This document shows positions 39,818-49,562 of a stretch of 64,000 nucleotides of DNA, piece by piece (the stretch's first letter is position 1; each line of letters opens with the position of its first letter). Below the pieces are notes generated by a model. It had not been told where the DNA came from, searched no databases, and worked only from the letters and a program-made list of their open reading frames with translations. The stretch is taken from positions 1 to 64,000 of IMG/VR virus record IMGVR_UViG_3300032092_003271; one strand, written 5' to 3'. Origin of the DNA: a virus. The position numbers were made by a program, and so were the translations under genes.

Positions 39818-40627
39818 TTAATTTATTTTTTGATTATGACTTCCATGAAAATATTTTATAGTTTTCACTTCTTTATATTGTGTTTTATCTAAAATAGTGT
39901 CCAAAATAACACCCCAAATTGGTAAGTCACCCCATCGATTACTGTAAATACACCCACAAGAATCAACTTTATTTAAAAAATTTTTTACTTTTAAATTATC
40001 ATTAATTTCTTTTACATTAACAACCATAAAATTGGTGTAAGGGCACATTATTTGATTAAAGTTAGTGGTGTTAGATAAATTATTTTCGGTTATATACTCA
40101 TTCCTTAAACTTTCCAAACCAACAATGACTAAATCAACGTCTTGGTTTTGGAACATTGGTGAAACAAAAACTAAATTTTCAGATTCCATTTCATCTATAA
40201 TATCAAAATTAAAATCCTCAACGATACAATCTTCATCTATTCTTATAACATAATTAAAATCTTTTAGATATTCTAAAAAATCTATAGACCAAAAATGACA
40301 CATATGTTTATACCCTATTGAAAAATTGTTTGTTAACCAATTTGGTGAACAGAAATCATTAACAATATTTTTGTTGTTATTAAAAGCGGTTTTTGGATCT
40401 TTATTTTTTATATCCCAATACTCTATGTTTAAGTTAGGAGTCTTACTTGAAATAAAATTTTGTTGATTTTCGTTTATATTACCTTCATGTAATATTATAA
40501 AAGAATAATTATCATTCTTTTCATTATTTAATAATTTTTCTATCGAAACGTTTCTATTTATAAGGGTTTTATATTGATTTACGTCATTATATCCCCTACT
40601 TAGGACACATATTGCAATTTTTTTCAT
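39818..40627 (-). CDS. GT15 (Kre2/Mnt1-like) mannosyltransferase homologue
   Basis: GYKHMCHFWS, YVIRIDED, YTNF, YSNRWGDLPI parallel the GT15 motifs Y.HMCRF, YYWRV, RWGDAP. Confidence 0.7.
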   Translation of the reverse strand: MKKIAICVLSRGYNDVNQYKTLINRNVSIEKLLNNEKNDNYSFIILHEGNINENQQNFISSKTPNLNIEYWDIKNKDPKTAFNNNKNIVNDFCSPNWLTNNFSIGYKHMCHFWSIDFLEYLKDFNYVIRIDEDCIVEDFNFDIIDEMESENLVFVSPMFQNQDVDLVIVGLESLRNEYITENNLSNTTNFNQIMCPYTNFMVVNVKEINDNLKVKNFLNKVDSCGCIYSNRWGDLPIWGVILDTILDKTQYKEVKTIKYFHGSHNQKIN

Positions 40628-40629
40628 TA

Positions 40630-41361
40630 TTAAAATAAATCTTTATATTGGGTTTCAAATTTATTTCTACCTATACCTTGAGTGTCGTGTGAGTCAAATT
40701 GGAAATGGTGAAGTAAATCAGGTAAAAAAACATAATTAATATTTTTTAATAAATAAAATATACTAATAGACCTCTCAACTTCGTGACCTGAAAAATTTGA
40801 AGTTTTTATATCATCAATCATTGGTTCTATCCATTCCATATATTCATTAAAAGTGTTGGTATTAAATGAATGGTTAGAAGTAACTGTAATAACTTTGTTA
40901 TGAGGTAAAGAATACATTCGATTATTTAAATTTACATTATAGTTTTTTTCTAATGAAAATCTTAAATGGGATATCCAATGATCTTGACCAATAAAATTAG
41001 GTTCTGAAATTAGTATTGGAACATAACCAATAACATTATAACCTAAACTAAAATTAAAATTTATATGATCCTCAATATCGTCATTTATATTAACATCATA
41101 CTCGAATAAATTTATAAAATTAGATTTTATTAAATTGTTTTTCCATAAAGCATACCATCCGGTAAATGAGGTTAATTTTGGATAATTTTCTAAATTATGT
41201 GGTAAATCTCTACAAATTATGACATTATCTAAATTTTTAATTTTTTCTATTTCATTATTACCAACAAACACGTACTTTAAATTCTTCATTTTTGAGAATT
41301 TGTTTACGTTCATATAATCTAAAATTATGTTTTCGTCATGGACAAAAATAAAAGTTTCCAT
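40630..41361 (-). CDS. hypothetical glycan-related protein
   Basis: Start at ATG 41361 (METFIFVHD); FEYD and HEVER motifs. Confidence 0.6.
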   Translation of the reverse strand: METFIFVHDENIILDYMNVNKFSKMKNLKYVFVGNNEIEKIKNLDNVIICRDLPHNLENYPKLTSFTGWYALWKNNLIKSNFINLFEYDVNINDDIEDHINFNFSLGYNVIGYVPILISEPNFIGQDHWISHLRFSLEKNYNVNLNNRMYSLPHNKVITVTSNHSFNTNTFNEYMEWIEPMIDDIKTSNFSGHEVERSISIFYLLKNINYVFLPDLLHHFQFDSHDTQGIGRNKFETQYKDLF

Positions 41362-41365
41362 ATTA

Positions 41366-42862
41366 CTAATTAAATAATTTATTTTTGTTATTTTTAACAA
41401 AGGGTAATAAAAATTTATTATAATCTTCCTGTTCTCCTTTTGAATTTTTTTCGTCTTTACCCCTTGTTTTACTTTCGTAGTGATAAGCAACTAAAGACCC
41501 GTCATAATAATTTTTAAGACCAAGAAGTCTAACGGATAAATTTAACTCAACATCCTCAAAACAAGTTGTGTAATTTTCATTATAACCACCGGCATTATTA
41601 AATGTGTTTTTCCTAATCATCATAAGTGCTGCTGTACTACCAACAACTTCTTTTATTCCTGTTGTGTATGAATAGTACGAACCTAACGATGCGTGAGTTA
41701 ACATAAGTTGATCTTTTCCTGGTTGTAATTGCATTATAATACCGTCGTGTTGGATTGTATTGTCCTCATAATGTAATCTAGCCCCCACTGTACCAACTTT
41801 AGAATTTTCTTTAAAAACTTTTAACATTCCATAAATAACGTTATTCAGTATTATTATATCATTATTACAAAATAATAAAAACTCGTGCCTGTCAGATAAA
41901 TGGTTTTTAACCACATCATTATTTATTTTTGCAAAATTATAATAATCATACTCAACCAACATAATTTTACCTAAAGGTAAAATTTCATTTTTAATTCTTT
42001 CTTTTTCTTCGTTAGTTGATCCAGTATCGGCAATAAAAATTTCAAATAAATTATCATTACAGTTATCGTAAAATGATTTCACACAATTAAACAATAAGTC
42101 AACATTACCTTTAGTTGGTATTATAACCGCGACTTTACCAATGTTTTTTATTTGTTTTTCTTTAATTTCAGGATAATTAACATTTTTTGGTCTTAAATCT
42201 AATGGTAATTTATCACCCCATTTCTCAACAAATTTTTCTTTACTAACCCAAAATTCTTGATTTGGTTGACCAACAGATTCATGTGTAATTTCAAAAGATG
42301 AGGTTACACCAATTTTGATACCATCCAAATAGTTTGGAATACAAAATAGATGATCGTAAAAGTGAAACTTTCCAATTGTCTCATCAAACGTATGTTTAAT
42401 TTTTGTTTTATCGAAAGATATGAATAAACCATCAATAGTAACAACAGGGATTAAGTAGGGTAATTTAACTGAATATTTGTTTATCCATTTTTTTTGACCT
42501 TCGGGGTGATGATATACTTGACCAACCATTGTCTGATGCATTTTTTCCCAATAGACACCTGACTCAGGAAAGTAACAAGATCCGGCCTTTCCAATAATAC
42601 CAAATTCAGGATTATTAGAAAAATCCTCTAAAAGTTTTTTACCCCAATTTTTTTCTAATTTAATGTCGTTGTGGCAACAAACTACAATATCGTAAATTGA
42701 TTCACTTACCCCACTATTATATACTTGAGATAATGAGTATTGGTTATGATTTTCAAATTCTAAAATCTGTACATCCTTTAAACCAACTGTTTGTAACAAA
42801 TGTTCTTTAAATTTGTTATTGTAGTTTTTGTCTTTATGTGTTGAATATATAATAGTTATCAT
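41366..42862 (-). CDS. two-domain glycosyltransferase family 2
   Basis: Domain 1 CCHNDI, IDGLF, FHFYD; domain 2 VIIPTK, FCNND, IQHDG, FEDVELNL, HYESKTRG. Confidence 0.88.
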   Translation of the reverse strand: MITIIYSTHKDKNYNNKFKEHLLQTVGLKDVQILEFENHNQYSLSQVYNSGVSESIYDIVVCCHNDIKLEKNWGKKLLEDFSNNPEFGIIGKAGSCYFPESGVYWEKMHQTMVGQVYHHPEGQKKWINKYSVKLPYLIPVVTIDGLFISFDKTKIKHTFDETIGKFHFYDHLFCIPNYLDGIKIGVTSSFEITHESVGQPNQEFWVSKEKFVEKWGDKLPLDLRPKNVNYPEIKEKQIKNIGKVAVIIPTKGNVDLLFNCVKSFYDNCNDNLFEIFIADTGSTNEEKERIKNEILPLGKIMLVEYDYYNFAKINNDVVKNHLSDRHEFLLFCNNDIIILNNVIYGMLKVFKENSKVGTVGARLHYEDNTIQHDGIIMQLQPGKDQLMLTHASLGSYYSYTTGIKEVVGSTAALMMIRKNTFNNAGGYNENYTTCFEDVELNLSVRLLGLKNYYDGSLVAYHYESKTRGKDEKNSKGEQEDYNKFLLPFVKNNKNKLFN

Positions 42863-43752
42863 TTCTTATAATTGTTAAAATAATCTTTTGCTCTTTGTTC
42901 GTCTTGTTCATACATGGTTTTATTGTGCATTGACATATGACCATAACCAACTTCAGAAAAATAACCATGAGTTGAGGATTTATAAATGTCATAATGTTTA
43001 AATTTATATCCTTTAGTGACCATTTGTTTAAACCATACGTCGGCTAAATCTATCCCATAATAACCACCAAAAGGAAATACGTCACAATTTGGAATTACTT
43101 CTTTTTTGTAGTTATCAACATTTATTAATGCACACCATTCGTTAACTCTACATTCCGGCATTGGGAATGGGTTTTGTTTACTAATAAATGGTCTGCCGTG
43201 ATTGGCACTTCTAGTGTCAGGGTTTTTATCTACATAATTAATAATCTCGTCATAAGGTAATTGGTTTTCACAATTAGACTCTAATAGATGAGAGTCACAT
43301 ATGTTCTCACGTTTTAATGGACAATTCCAGCACTGACCAATATGACCAATGGTAAAACAATCCCCAATTTCTGACAACAATTCAGAAACAATATCATTGG
43401 TAAATAAAACGTCATTATGAATGATAAGAAGATGTTTTTTATCCGTGTTCTCTAAACCATATTGATATCTTAAAGATGATCTGTAATCATTATCTGAAAT
43501 GGTTTTAATAACATCACTATTATTTATCCAAAGATGAAACTTAGGTATGAACCTAATTAATTTATCGTAATTTAAATTTTCAGATATAATTTTATAGTCA
43601 TAATCTTCAGGTTGATCTCTTTCCTCGATAAAAAATATTTTATCGATTAAATTTCCGGAATGTTCTAATAAAGTTTTTAATGTTATTAACGTTTGATAAG
43701 GTTTACCATATACGTTAATACAAACATCAATTTTTTTCATGTTAGATTTCAT
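42859..43752 (-). CDS. GT-A-like protein with Cys motifs (paralogue A)
   Basis: INVYGKPYQT, IIHNDVLF, GQCWNCP, PECRVNEW. Confidence 0.65.
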   Translation of the reverse strand: MKSNMKKIDVCINVYGKPYQTLITLKTLLEHSGNLIDKIFFIEERDQPEDYDYKIISENLNYDKLIRFIPKFHLWINNSDVIKTISDNDYRSSLRYQYGLENTDKKHLLIIHNDVLFTNDIVSELLSEIGDCFTIGHIGQCWNCPLKRENICDSHLLESNCENQLPYDEIINYVDKNPDTRSANHGRPFISKQNPFPMPECRVNEWCALINVDNYKKEVIPNCDVFPFGGYYGIDLADVWFKQMVTKGYKFKHYDIYKSSTHGYFSEVGYGHMSMHNKTMYEQDEQRAKDYFNNYKK

Positions 43753-44595
43753 TTAATTTGTTTGATTTATTTCCCAATTTTCAGGATAATAACTAGGACA
43801 ATAAAACATTTCATAACACTGACCATTAAGGTTTTTCCCAGAATGAATTACTCTCCCGTTATTAAAATTTTTAACGTACCACATTTGCCACCAAGTAAAA
43901 GTTGAGCTACCCCCAATAAAATTATCACAAAGAGTGCCTAATATAAATTGATCCATAGGGTTATTTGTGTAGTCTTTAGAAAGTATGTGTGTATTATTAG
44001 GTTCGGCAAATAAAAAGTTTTTACCATTATAATAATTTTTACACCACTCAATATCATCTGAAAAAATTATAATATTATAATCTAAGTAATTTGGAAATTC
44101 TTTTTTTAATGTTTCTTCATACCAAGTTTCAGGTATTTGATAAAAACAATCATGACCCACAAAATCACCCCTTCTAACACCAATTCCAATTGTTGGTTTT
44201 GTAAAAAAATCTTTATATTTGTTTTTTACCTCTTTAATTTTTTCTTCTTTTATTTCTAAAATATTTTTAATATAATCAACATCATCAATAAACCATTTTT
44301 CTGATTGTAATCCAGGATATCCTAATATATTAATTATTTTGTCATTATTTAATTTAAAAAACTCAATAAAATTTTCTTTTTCATCATCACTATATTTTGT
44401 TATTTGAAATGAATACTCAATATCGTAATTCTGATCTTCAGTAACATTAGGTGGATTTTTTAAATAATCCCATAGAAAATATTCAGGAAGTGCAATCTCA
44501 TTATTAGAATGTTTTGCCAAGTAGTTTAATCCTGTAAAAAGAAATAACCAATTACCTAATCTTAAGTGGTTACCCCAACCATTGCATTTTATCAT
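43753..44595 (-). CDS. alpha-1,2-fucosyltransferase (GT11)
   Basis: RLGNWLF, GVRRGDF, IFSDDIEWCK, SSTFTWW; start at ATG 44595. Confidence 0.88.
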   Translation of the reverse strand: MIKCNGWGNHLRLGNWLFLFTGLNYLAKHSNNEIALPEYFLWDYLKNPPNVTEDQNYDIEYSFQITKYSDDEKENFIEFFKLNNDKIINILGYPGLQSEKWFIDDVDYIKNILEIKEEKIKEVKNKYKDFFTKPTIGIGVRRGDFVGHDCFYQIPETWYEETLKKEFPNYLDYNIIIFSDDIEWCKNYYNGKNFLFAEPNNTHILSKDYTNNPMDQFILGTLCDNFIGGSSTFTWWQMWYVKNFNNGRVIHSGKNLNGQCYEMFYCPSYYPENWEINQTN

Positions 44596-44596
44596 A

Positions 44597-45430
44597 CTAG
44601 TTAAAATTTTCCATGAAATATTTTTTAGCGTTTTCTTCAGCCCCCACATAATAATTGTTATTTAGTGATGTTTGATATCCGCATGATAAATCAGACCAAT
44701 ACGAGTGAACATATTTTTCAACGTAATTAATGAACTTGTAACCTTTAAGATGTAAACTTCTAAACCAAGCAACCCCGGAGTCAGGACCAAAAACCCCAAA
44801 AAGAGGAGTGTCTCCATTTGGATAGGTTTCTTTATTAGACATTTCTCTATTAATTAAACAAGCCCATTCATTTAATCTACACTCCGGTAATGGTTTAGGA
44901 TTTGTCCTATCAACATTATGTACACCTGTTCTTACATATGGTAAACCTAATGAGATTACCTCATCATATGTTGGGTTCCAATCGTAAAATTTCTCACCAC
45001 TACATAAGTTAGCTTTGTTTGCTGGACAATTCCAACATTGACCAAGTTGACCAATACCAATTGAGTCATTTATTTTATTTAACATATCACCAATGATATC
45101 GTCAGTGTATAATACATCATTGTGAGTTATGAAGATAAATTTCTTATCACTTTTCTCAAATCCATATTGTGAATAACTATTTAAACGATCATTTTCATCG
45201 TTCATATTTTTTACCGAATACATTAAAATAGAATGTTTTGGTTCGTACACAATTAAATTATCAAAATAATCTACAACCCAATCAATAGTATCATCGTATG
45301 GTTGTTTTGGTTCTTTAACAAAAAATATTTTATCAATGTGATTGCCTGAATGTTTCATTAAACTTTTTAATGTACATAATGTTTGCCACGGCTTTCCGTA
45401 AACATGAATAACTACATCAACCTTTTCCAT
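44597..45430 (-). CDS. GT-A-like protein with Cys motifs (paralogue B)
   Basis: IHVYGKPWQT, ITHNDVLY, GQCWNCP, PECRLNEW. Confidence 0.65.
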   Translation of the reverse strand: MEKVDVVIHVYGKPWQTLCTLKSLMKHSGNHIDKIFFVKEPKQPYDDTIDWVVDYFDNLIVYEPKHSILMYSVKNMNDENDRLNSYSQYGFEKSDKKFIFITHNDVLYTDDIIGDMLNKINDSIGIGQLGQCWNCPANKANLCSGEKFYDWNPTYDEVISLGLPYVRTGVHNVDRTNPKPLPECRLNEWACLINREMSNKETYPNGDTPLFGVFGPDSGVAWFRSLHLKGYKFINYVEKYVHSYWSDLSCGYQTSLNNNYYVGAEENAKKYFMENFN

Positions 45431-45440
45431 AATTCTATAA

Positions 45441-46052
45441 CTATTTTAAACCAGTACTCCCAAAACCATTATCGTTTCGATCTTTATTTTCTAATTTATT
45501 TTTTTCAACAAACTCAACCCATTTTCCTGAAACAACAGGACAAAGAACCGCTTGCGCAATTTTTTGACCTTTTTCAATCCTTACTTTCTGATTTGTGGTG
45601 TTAAAAAGTATAACCTGTATTTCACCTAAATATCCTTGATCTACGGTACCTGGTGAGTTTAAAACCATAAGACCTTGTTTAAGTGCTAAACCACTTTTAG
45701 ATCTTACTTGTATTTCATATCCTTCAGGAATGTCTAAGATTAAACCCGTATTTACTAATTTTCTATCAAATGCGTGTATCCAACACTCCTCAATTGAATA
45801 CAAATCAAATCCTGAATCAGAGACATAATTATAAGATGGAGAAACTGTGTCTTCTTTTGATTTTACAAACCCCATTTCAATTTTAGGAATATACTCTTCC
45901 ATCTCCTTTTCTAATTCATCTATATCAATTCCAAAAGAATCCATAATAGCATTGTAATCAATATCTTGGGTTTCATCTATTTCAATATCATCAAGTAATT
46001 TCATTAACATGTTTATTTCTTCCTCGTTAATGTCATCTAATTCTTTACTCAT
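45441..46052 (-). CDS. dut: trimeric dUTPase with acidic N-terminal extension
   Basis: SGFDL, RSKSGLA, NSPGTVDQGYLGEI, IAQAV, R..NGFGSTG. Confidence 0.93.
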   Translation of the reverse strand: MSKELDDINEEEINMLMKLLDDIEIDETQDIDYNAIMDSFGIDIDELEKEMEEYIPKIEMGFVKSKEDTVSPSYNYVSDSGFDLYSIEECWIHAFDRKLVNTGLILDIPEGYEIQVRSKSGLALKQGLMVLNSPGTVDQGYLGEIQVILFNTTNQKVRIEKGQKIAQAVLCPVVSGKWVEFVEKNKLENKDRNDNGFGSTGLK

Positions 46053-46777
46053 TATTTTAAACTTTTTAATTTGATTATTGTATCGATCAAAACTTTAACA
46101 TCTTTCTCACAATACTCAGATATTTCTTCCAATCTGTTATGTCCCCAATATGCTTCGTGAACCATTCCTCCGTTTACTTCACCATCTTTTGGTGTTGGGA
46201 TGTCTAAACATGCACACATCAAATCTAATGACCCAATTGCGGTGTATGCACCATACTGCCAAATTTCTTTTGTATCAATTGCTTTTACTTCCCAAGGTTT
46301 TGTATCATATGAAGGAAGAATCTTTGACGGCATAATTCCATTTACAATCATTCTTTTTGCTAACATCGGGATGTCAAAGTTTTTAAGGTTGTGACCACAA
46401 AGATAAAAATCTAATTTATGACATCTGTCCAACAAATCCCGAACCTCCAAAAGTAATTTGTGTTCATCATCACCCAAAAATGTTTGTTTTTTGGTTTCAC
46501 CATTATCTAAAACAAAGGCCATAGATACACATACGATTTTTGCAAATTCAGGTACAAGTGCTGATCTTTTTCTAAATACAATGTCCATATGTTCTTCGGT
46601 TGTTCTATCTTCACCCCATTCTTTGTCTTCAGGAAATCTTTTTAAAAACCAATCAAAATATTTGTCGAATTGTTCTGCAATTTTTGGGTTTGATTGAAGA
46701 CATGTTTGGTAATCAGCGCAACCACCAACAGTTTCAATGTCTAAAAATAAAATTTTCGTTATTGGTATATTAATCAT
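46052..46777 (-). CDS. DEDDy 3'-5' exonuclease (PolB-exonuclease-like)
   Basis: LFLDIETV, GHNLKNFDIP, YCEKDV. Confidence 0.88.
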   Translation of the reverse strand: MINIPITKILFLDIETVGGCADYQTCLQSNPKIAEQFDKYFDWFLKRFPEDKEWGEDRTTEEHMDIVFRKRSALVPEFAKIVCVSMAFVLDNGETKKQTFLGDDEHKLLLEVRDLLDRCHKLDFYLCGHNLKNFDIPMLAKRMIVNGIMPSKILPSYDTKPWEVKAIDTKEIWQYGAYTAIGSLDLMCACLDIPTPKDGEVNGGMVHEAYWGHNRLEEISEYCEKDVKVLIDTIIKLKSLK

Positions 46778-47226
46778 AATTCTGTTTTTTTAATAATTTC
46801 AGGATTTTGTTTTAAAGTTTGTATTGTAATTAAATCTTTAATTTTTGTAGTTGACCATCCGTGAGATCTTGTAGTATAAATAACGTCTATCGGTAAATGG
46901 TCTCCCGTAAATCTTTTACCGATGTAATCATCACCTAAGATTCTTACATCAGGTTTGTAAAATTCAATTAACCTTTGTAGATCTTCTTCATCGTCATAAC
47001 ATACTACTTCATCAATGTATTTGATTGACATTAATGTTTTATATCTTTCGTATAATGGGATGACAGGTTTATATTTTGTATATCTAGTTTCTGATGGATC
47101 TCTTTGTAGAAATACCATAAAATAATCACAATGTTCTTTTGCAGTCTCAAATGTGTAAATGTAACCTGGATGTAACAAGTCAAAGTTACCAGCGGTGAAT
47201 CCTATTTTTCCTTTTTTCTGATCCAT
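46774..47226 (-). CDS. second TagD-like cytidylyltransferase
   Basis: FTAGNFDLLHPGY, YERY..L, RSHGWSTT. Confidence 0.85.
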   Translation of the reverse strand: MDQKKGKIGFTAGNFDLLHPGYIYTFETAKEHCDYFMVFLQRDPSETRYTKYKPVIPLYERYKTLMSIKYIDEVVCYDDEEDLQRLIEFYKPDVRILGDDYIGKRFTGDHLPIDVIYTTRSHGWSTTKIKDLITIQTLKQNPEIIKKTEL

Positions 47227-47228
47227 AA

Positions 47229-48440
47229 TTATTTTATTAAAGATTTATAAAACGATGCTCTTTCGTGAGACACGTTGTTTATGTCGTATTTGTCTTTTAC
47301 TGTTTCGTATAGTTTTTCACCAAGATCTATAATCATATTGGGATTCTCAACAAGTTTTTTAATGTTTTTTACCCAATCACTATGGTTTTTTGTTTCATCA
47401 ACTAGTAATGCATTACCATCAACAAATTGACCATTTTTTAATGAGTGTTTTAAATCAATCGTGTATGGACCAATATTGGAAGCTATAAGTGCTTTTTTAT
47501 AAAAACCTGCCTCAATAACTTTTAACTGAGATTTCATTCTATTAAAGATGTGATTTTTAATTGGTGCTAATGAAATATCAAACTTTGCATAATTTCTTGC
47601 GTATGAGTCAGTAGGTCTTGTCCAAACCCTCACGTAATTTTCAGTTTGAATTGCGGGATAGTCTTCCTCTTTAAATTTATCTAAAAATAATTTATACTCA
47701 GGTGAGATAATTTTATAATTGTCTGTGAAAATGTTTTCATACATTGCCCACACAGTCTCTTGTGGTTTGATAGGTCTTTGTCTTTTCTCTCCTGTATCTT
47801 TGTTGATTTCAGTAACACTACCTCTTGTATCGAAACCACAAACATAATATTGTAATTTATCTTTGAGTGGTGAAAGTTTATTAACCATACCATCTAACAA
47901 TTTTAAATCGTGTAAATGTGATGATCCTCCTAACCACCCAACACGAATTTTATCTGAAGGTAGCGTAGGTTCGGTAAATTGACCTTCTTTTGGGTCGATT
48001 GCGTTAGGGAAAACAACTACGTTTTTGTTGAACTTTCTAATTTCGTTTGCAAAGATTTCGGTGGTTGTTGTTACATAATCTGCAGCCTTTAAATTTTCTA
48101 CAATCTTAAGGTGCATTTTGTCATTAACAATTAAATTATGGATTGGGTGTTCTTTTGTTGGTAACCAATAATCGTCCATATCTGCGATTACAATTATACC
48201 AAGACTCCTAAGTAATTTAATAATTGTTGGGCATTGATCTAAATCACCAAAATTTCTGTGAAAATGAACTATTTGGTAATTTTTCCAATAACTTACATCG
48301 TTAATTCTTGGTTTATAATCGATATCGATATGAAAATCATTAGGATATAAATTTTGTAGATTGATATGCGGATCAACTGAACGATATTTACCAACACCAC
48401 TTGTGTCGGAAGGTAATACTAATACTTTAATTTTAGACAT
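47229..48440 (-). CDS. GT-B fold (GT4-like) glycosyltransferase
   Basis: Start at ATG 48440; GVGKYR, DMDDYW, GWLGGSSH, DISLAPI, FNRMKSQLKVIEAG. Confidence 0.8.
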   Translation of the reverse strand: MSKIKVLVLPSDTSGVGKYRSVDPHINLQNLYPNDFHIDIDYKPRINDVSYWKNYQIVHFHRNFGDLDQCPTIIKLLRSLGIIVIADMDDYWLPTKEHPIHNLIVNDKMHLKIVENLKAADYVTTTTEIFANEIRKFNKNVVVFPNAIDPKEGQFTEPTLPSDKIRVGWLGGSSHLHDLKLLDGMVNKLSPLKDKLQYYVCGFDTRGSVTEINKDTGEKRQRPIKPQETVWAMYENIFTDNYKIISPEYKLFLDKFKEEDYPAIQTENYVRVWTRPTDSYARNYAKFDISLAPIKNHIFNRMKSQLKVIEAGFYKKALIASNIGPYTIDLKHSLKNGQFVDGNALLVDETKNHSDWVKNIKKLVENPNMIIDLGEKLYETVKDKYDINNVSHERASFYKSLIK

Positions 48441-48489
48441 AAATTTCTTTTGTAGAAATCTAATAATTTTAAACAAAATAATCAATAAT

Positions 48490-48521
48490 AAAAAAAAATA
48501 CCCACCATAAGATGAGTATTT
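48490..48521 (-). terminator. Rho-independent terminator between the late operon and the glycan cluster
   Basis: On -: AAATACTCATC-TTAT-GGTGGGTATTT (G:U pairs) followed by a T run. Confidence 0.7.
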
Positions 48522-48544
48522 AATTTACGCCTGAAAAGTATTTT

Positions 48545-49162
48545 TTATTTTGCGATTTTTTTAACCTTTAAAACTTTACCCTCAAATAAGTGTTGACCAA
48601 CTCTAAATTTGAACATTTCTCCACTATTTGATTCTGATTCAACTAAAAGACCATTTTCTTTTAGAACATCCTGAACTGTTTCTCTAACAATTTCTCTTAT
48701 TTGATTTGAGGTCAATGAACTTGATGATTGTACTTGTTGTGTTTGTTGTCTTGGTTTACTCTCAGCAATTTGATCACCTTTTGCATTTGTGTTCATTAAT
48801 CTTGCCGCCTTCTCAATTAAATCATTACTTAAAACTGTATCTGTTGACATACCCATTGATGGTTGTTGTATAGGATGTTCCATCATTAATCTTTTAATTT
48901 CGTCAGGTAATTTAGAACTTGCAATTCTATCTTCCATAGGTAGATTAGATTGTCTTGGTTGTGATACAGGTCTTGTTTCTTCCATTAAATCCGCAGGTAA
49001 GTTATATCTTGCTGCTGGAGCCTCATAATTCTCAACCATTGGGCTTGAGTAATCATTACCCATGTTTATGTTACGAGCTTGACCTCTACCCATGTCATTG
49101 TGTTTTTCCATGATCTTTTTTGAGACCATTAATTTTTGTAGTAATTCTGATTCTGAATTCAT
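48545..49162 (-). CDS. hypothetical protein
   Basis: 205 aa; IREIVRETV..VLKENGLLVES repeat-like segment. Confidence 0.75.
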   Translation of the reverse strand: MNSESELLQKLMVSKKIMEKHNDMGRGQARNINMGNDYSSPMVENYEAPAARYNLPADLMEETRPVSQPRQSNLPMEDRIASSKLPDEIKRLMMEHPIQQPSMGMSTDTVLSNDLIEKAARLMNTNAKGDQIAESKPRQQTQQVQSSSSLTSNQIREIVRETVQDVLKENGLLVESESNSGEMFKFRVGQHLFEGKVLKVKKIAK

Positions 49163-49163
49163 A

Positions 49164-49562
49164 TTATGTTATATTTTCGTTTCCAAATACTGCGTTAATT
49201 ATCATTCTTTCCATACTCCTGTCACCTGTAGGATTATATCCAGGACGAGGAGTGTCAAATACTTCTTGAGTTGGTCTAATGAATTCCATTTTATCCACTC
49301 TAAAAAATCTCCAACTAGGAAGAGGTTTTTTTCCTAAATAAGCTCTATGTGATGATCCTTCTCTATCCCAAGCTCTTAATACGGGATTACCCCTCTTACT
49401 ATAACCGTAGGCCACGGGTTCAATAACCCTTAACCCCTTACCTCCAGGTTCGTCACCGTTATAATAAATAACACATACTTTTTTATTTCTTATAGCATCA
49501 GTTATTTGATCAGCTGTTGCTACCTCTAAAATAAGTTTATTTAATGTGTTGTAAAGTTTCAT
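49164..49562 (-). CDS. stand-alone WYL-domain protein
   Basis: AIRNKK...IYY......GLRVIEP..YG......LRAW........WRFFRVDKM. Confidence 0.8.
   Translation of the reverse strand: MKLYNTLNKLILEVATADQITDAIRNKKVCVIYYNGDEPGGKGLRVIEPVAYGYSKRGNPVLRAWDREGSSHRAYLGKKPLPSWRFFRVDKMEFIRPTQEVFDTPRPGYNPTGDRSMERMIINAVFGNENIT

Noticed and set aside
28987-48440. DNA hypermodification as the main role of the glycan cluster
   Set aside because: Not excluded, but no hydroxymethylase, thymidylate-synthase-like or base-modifying gene is in the window, and the enzyme diversity fits complex glycans better; kept only as an alternative
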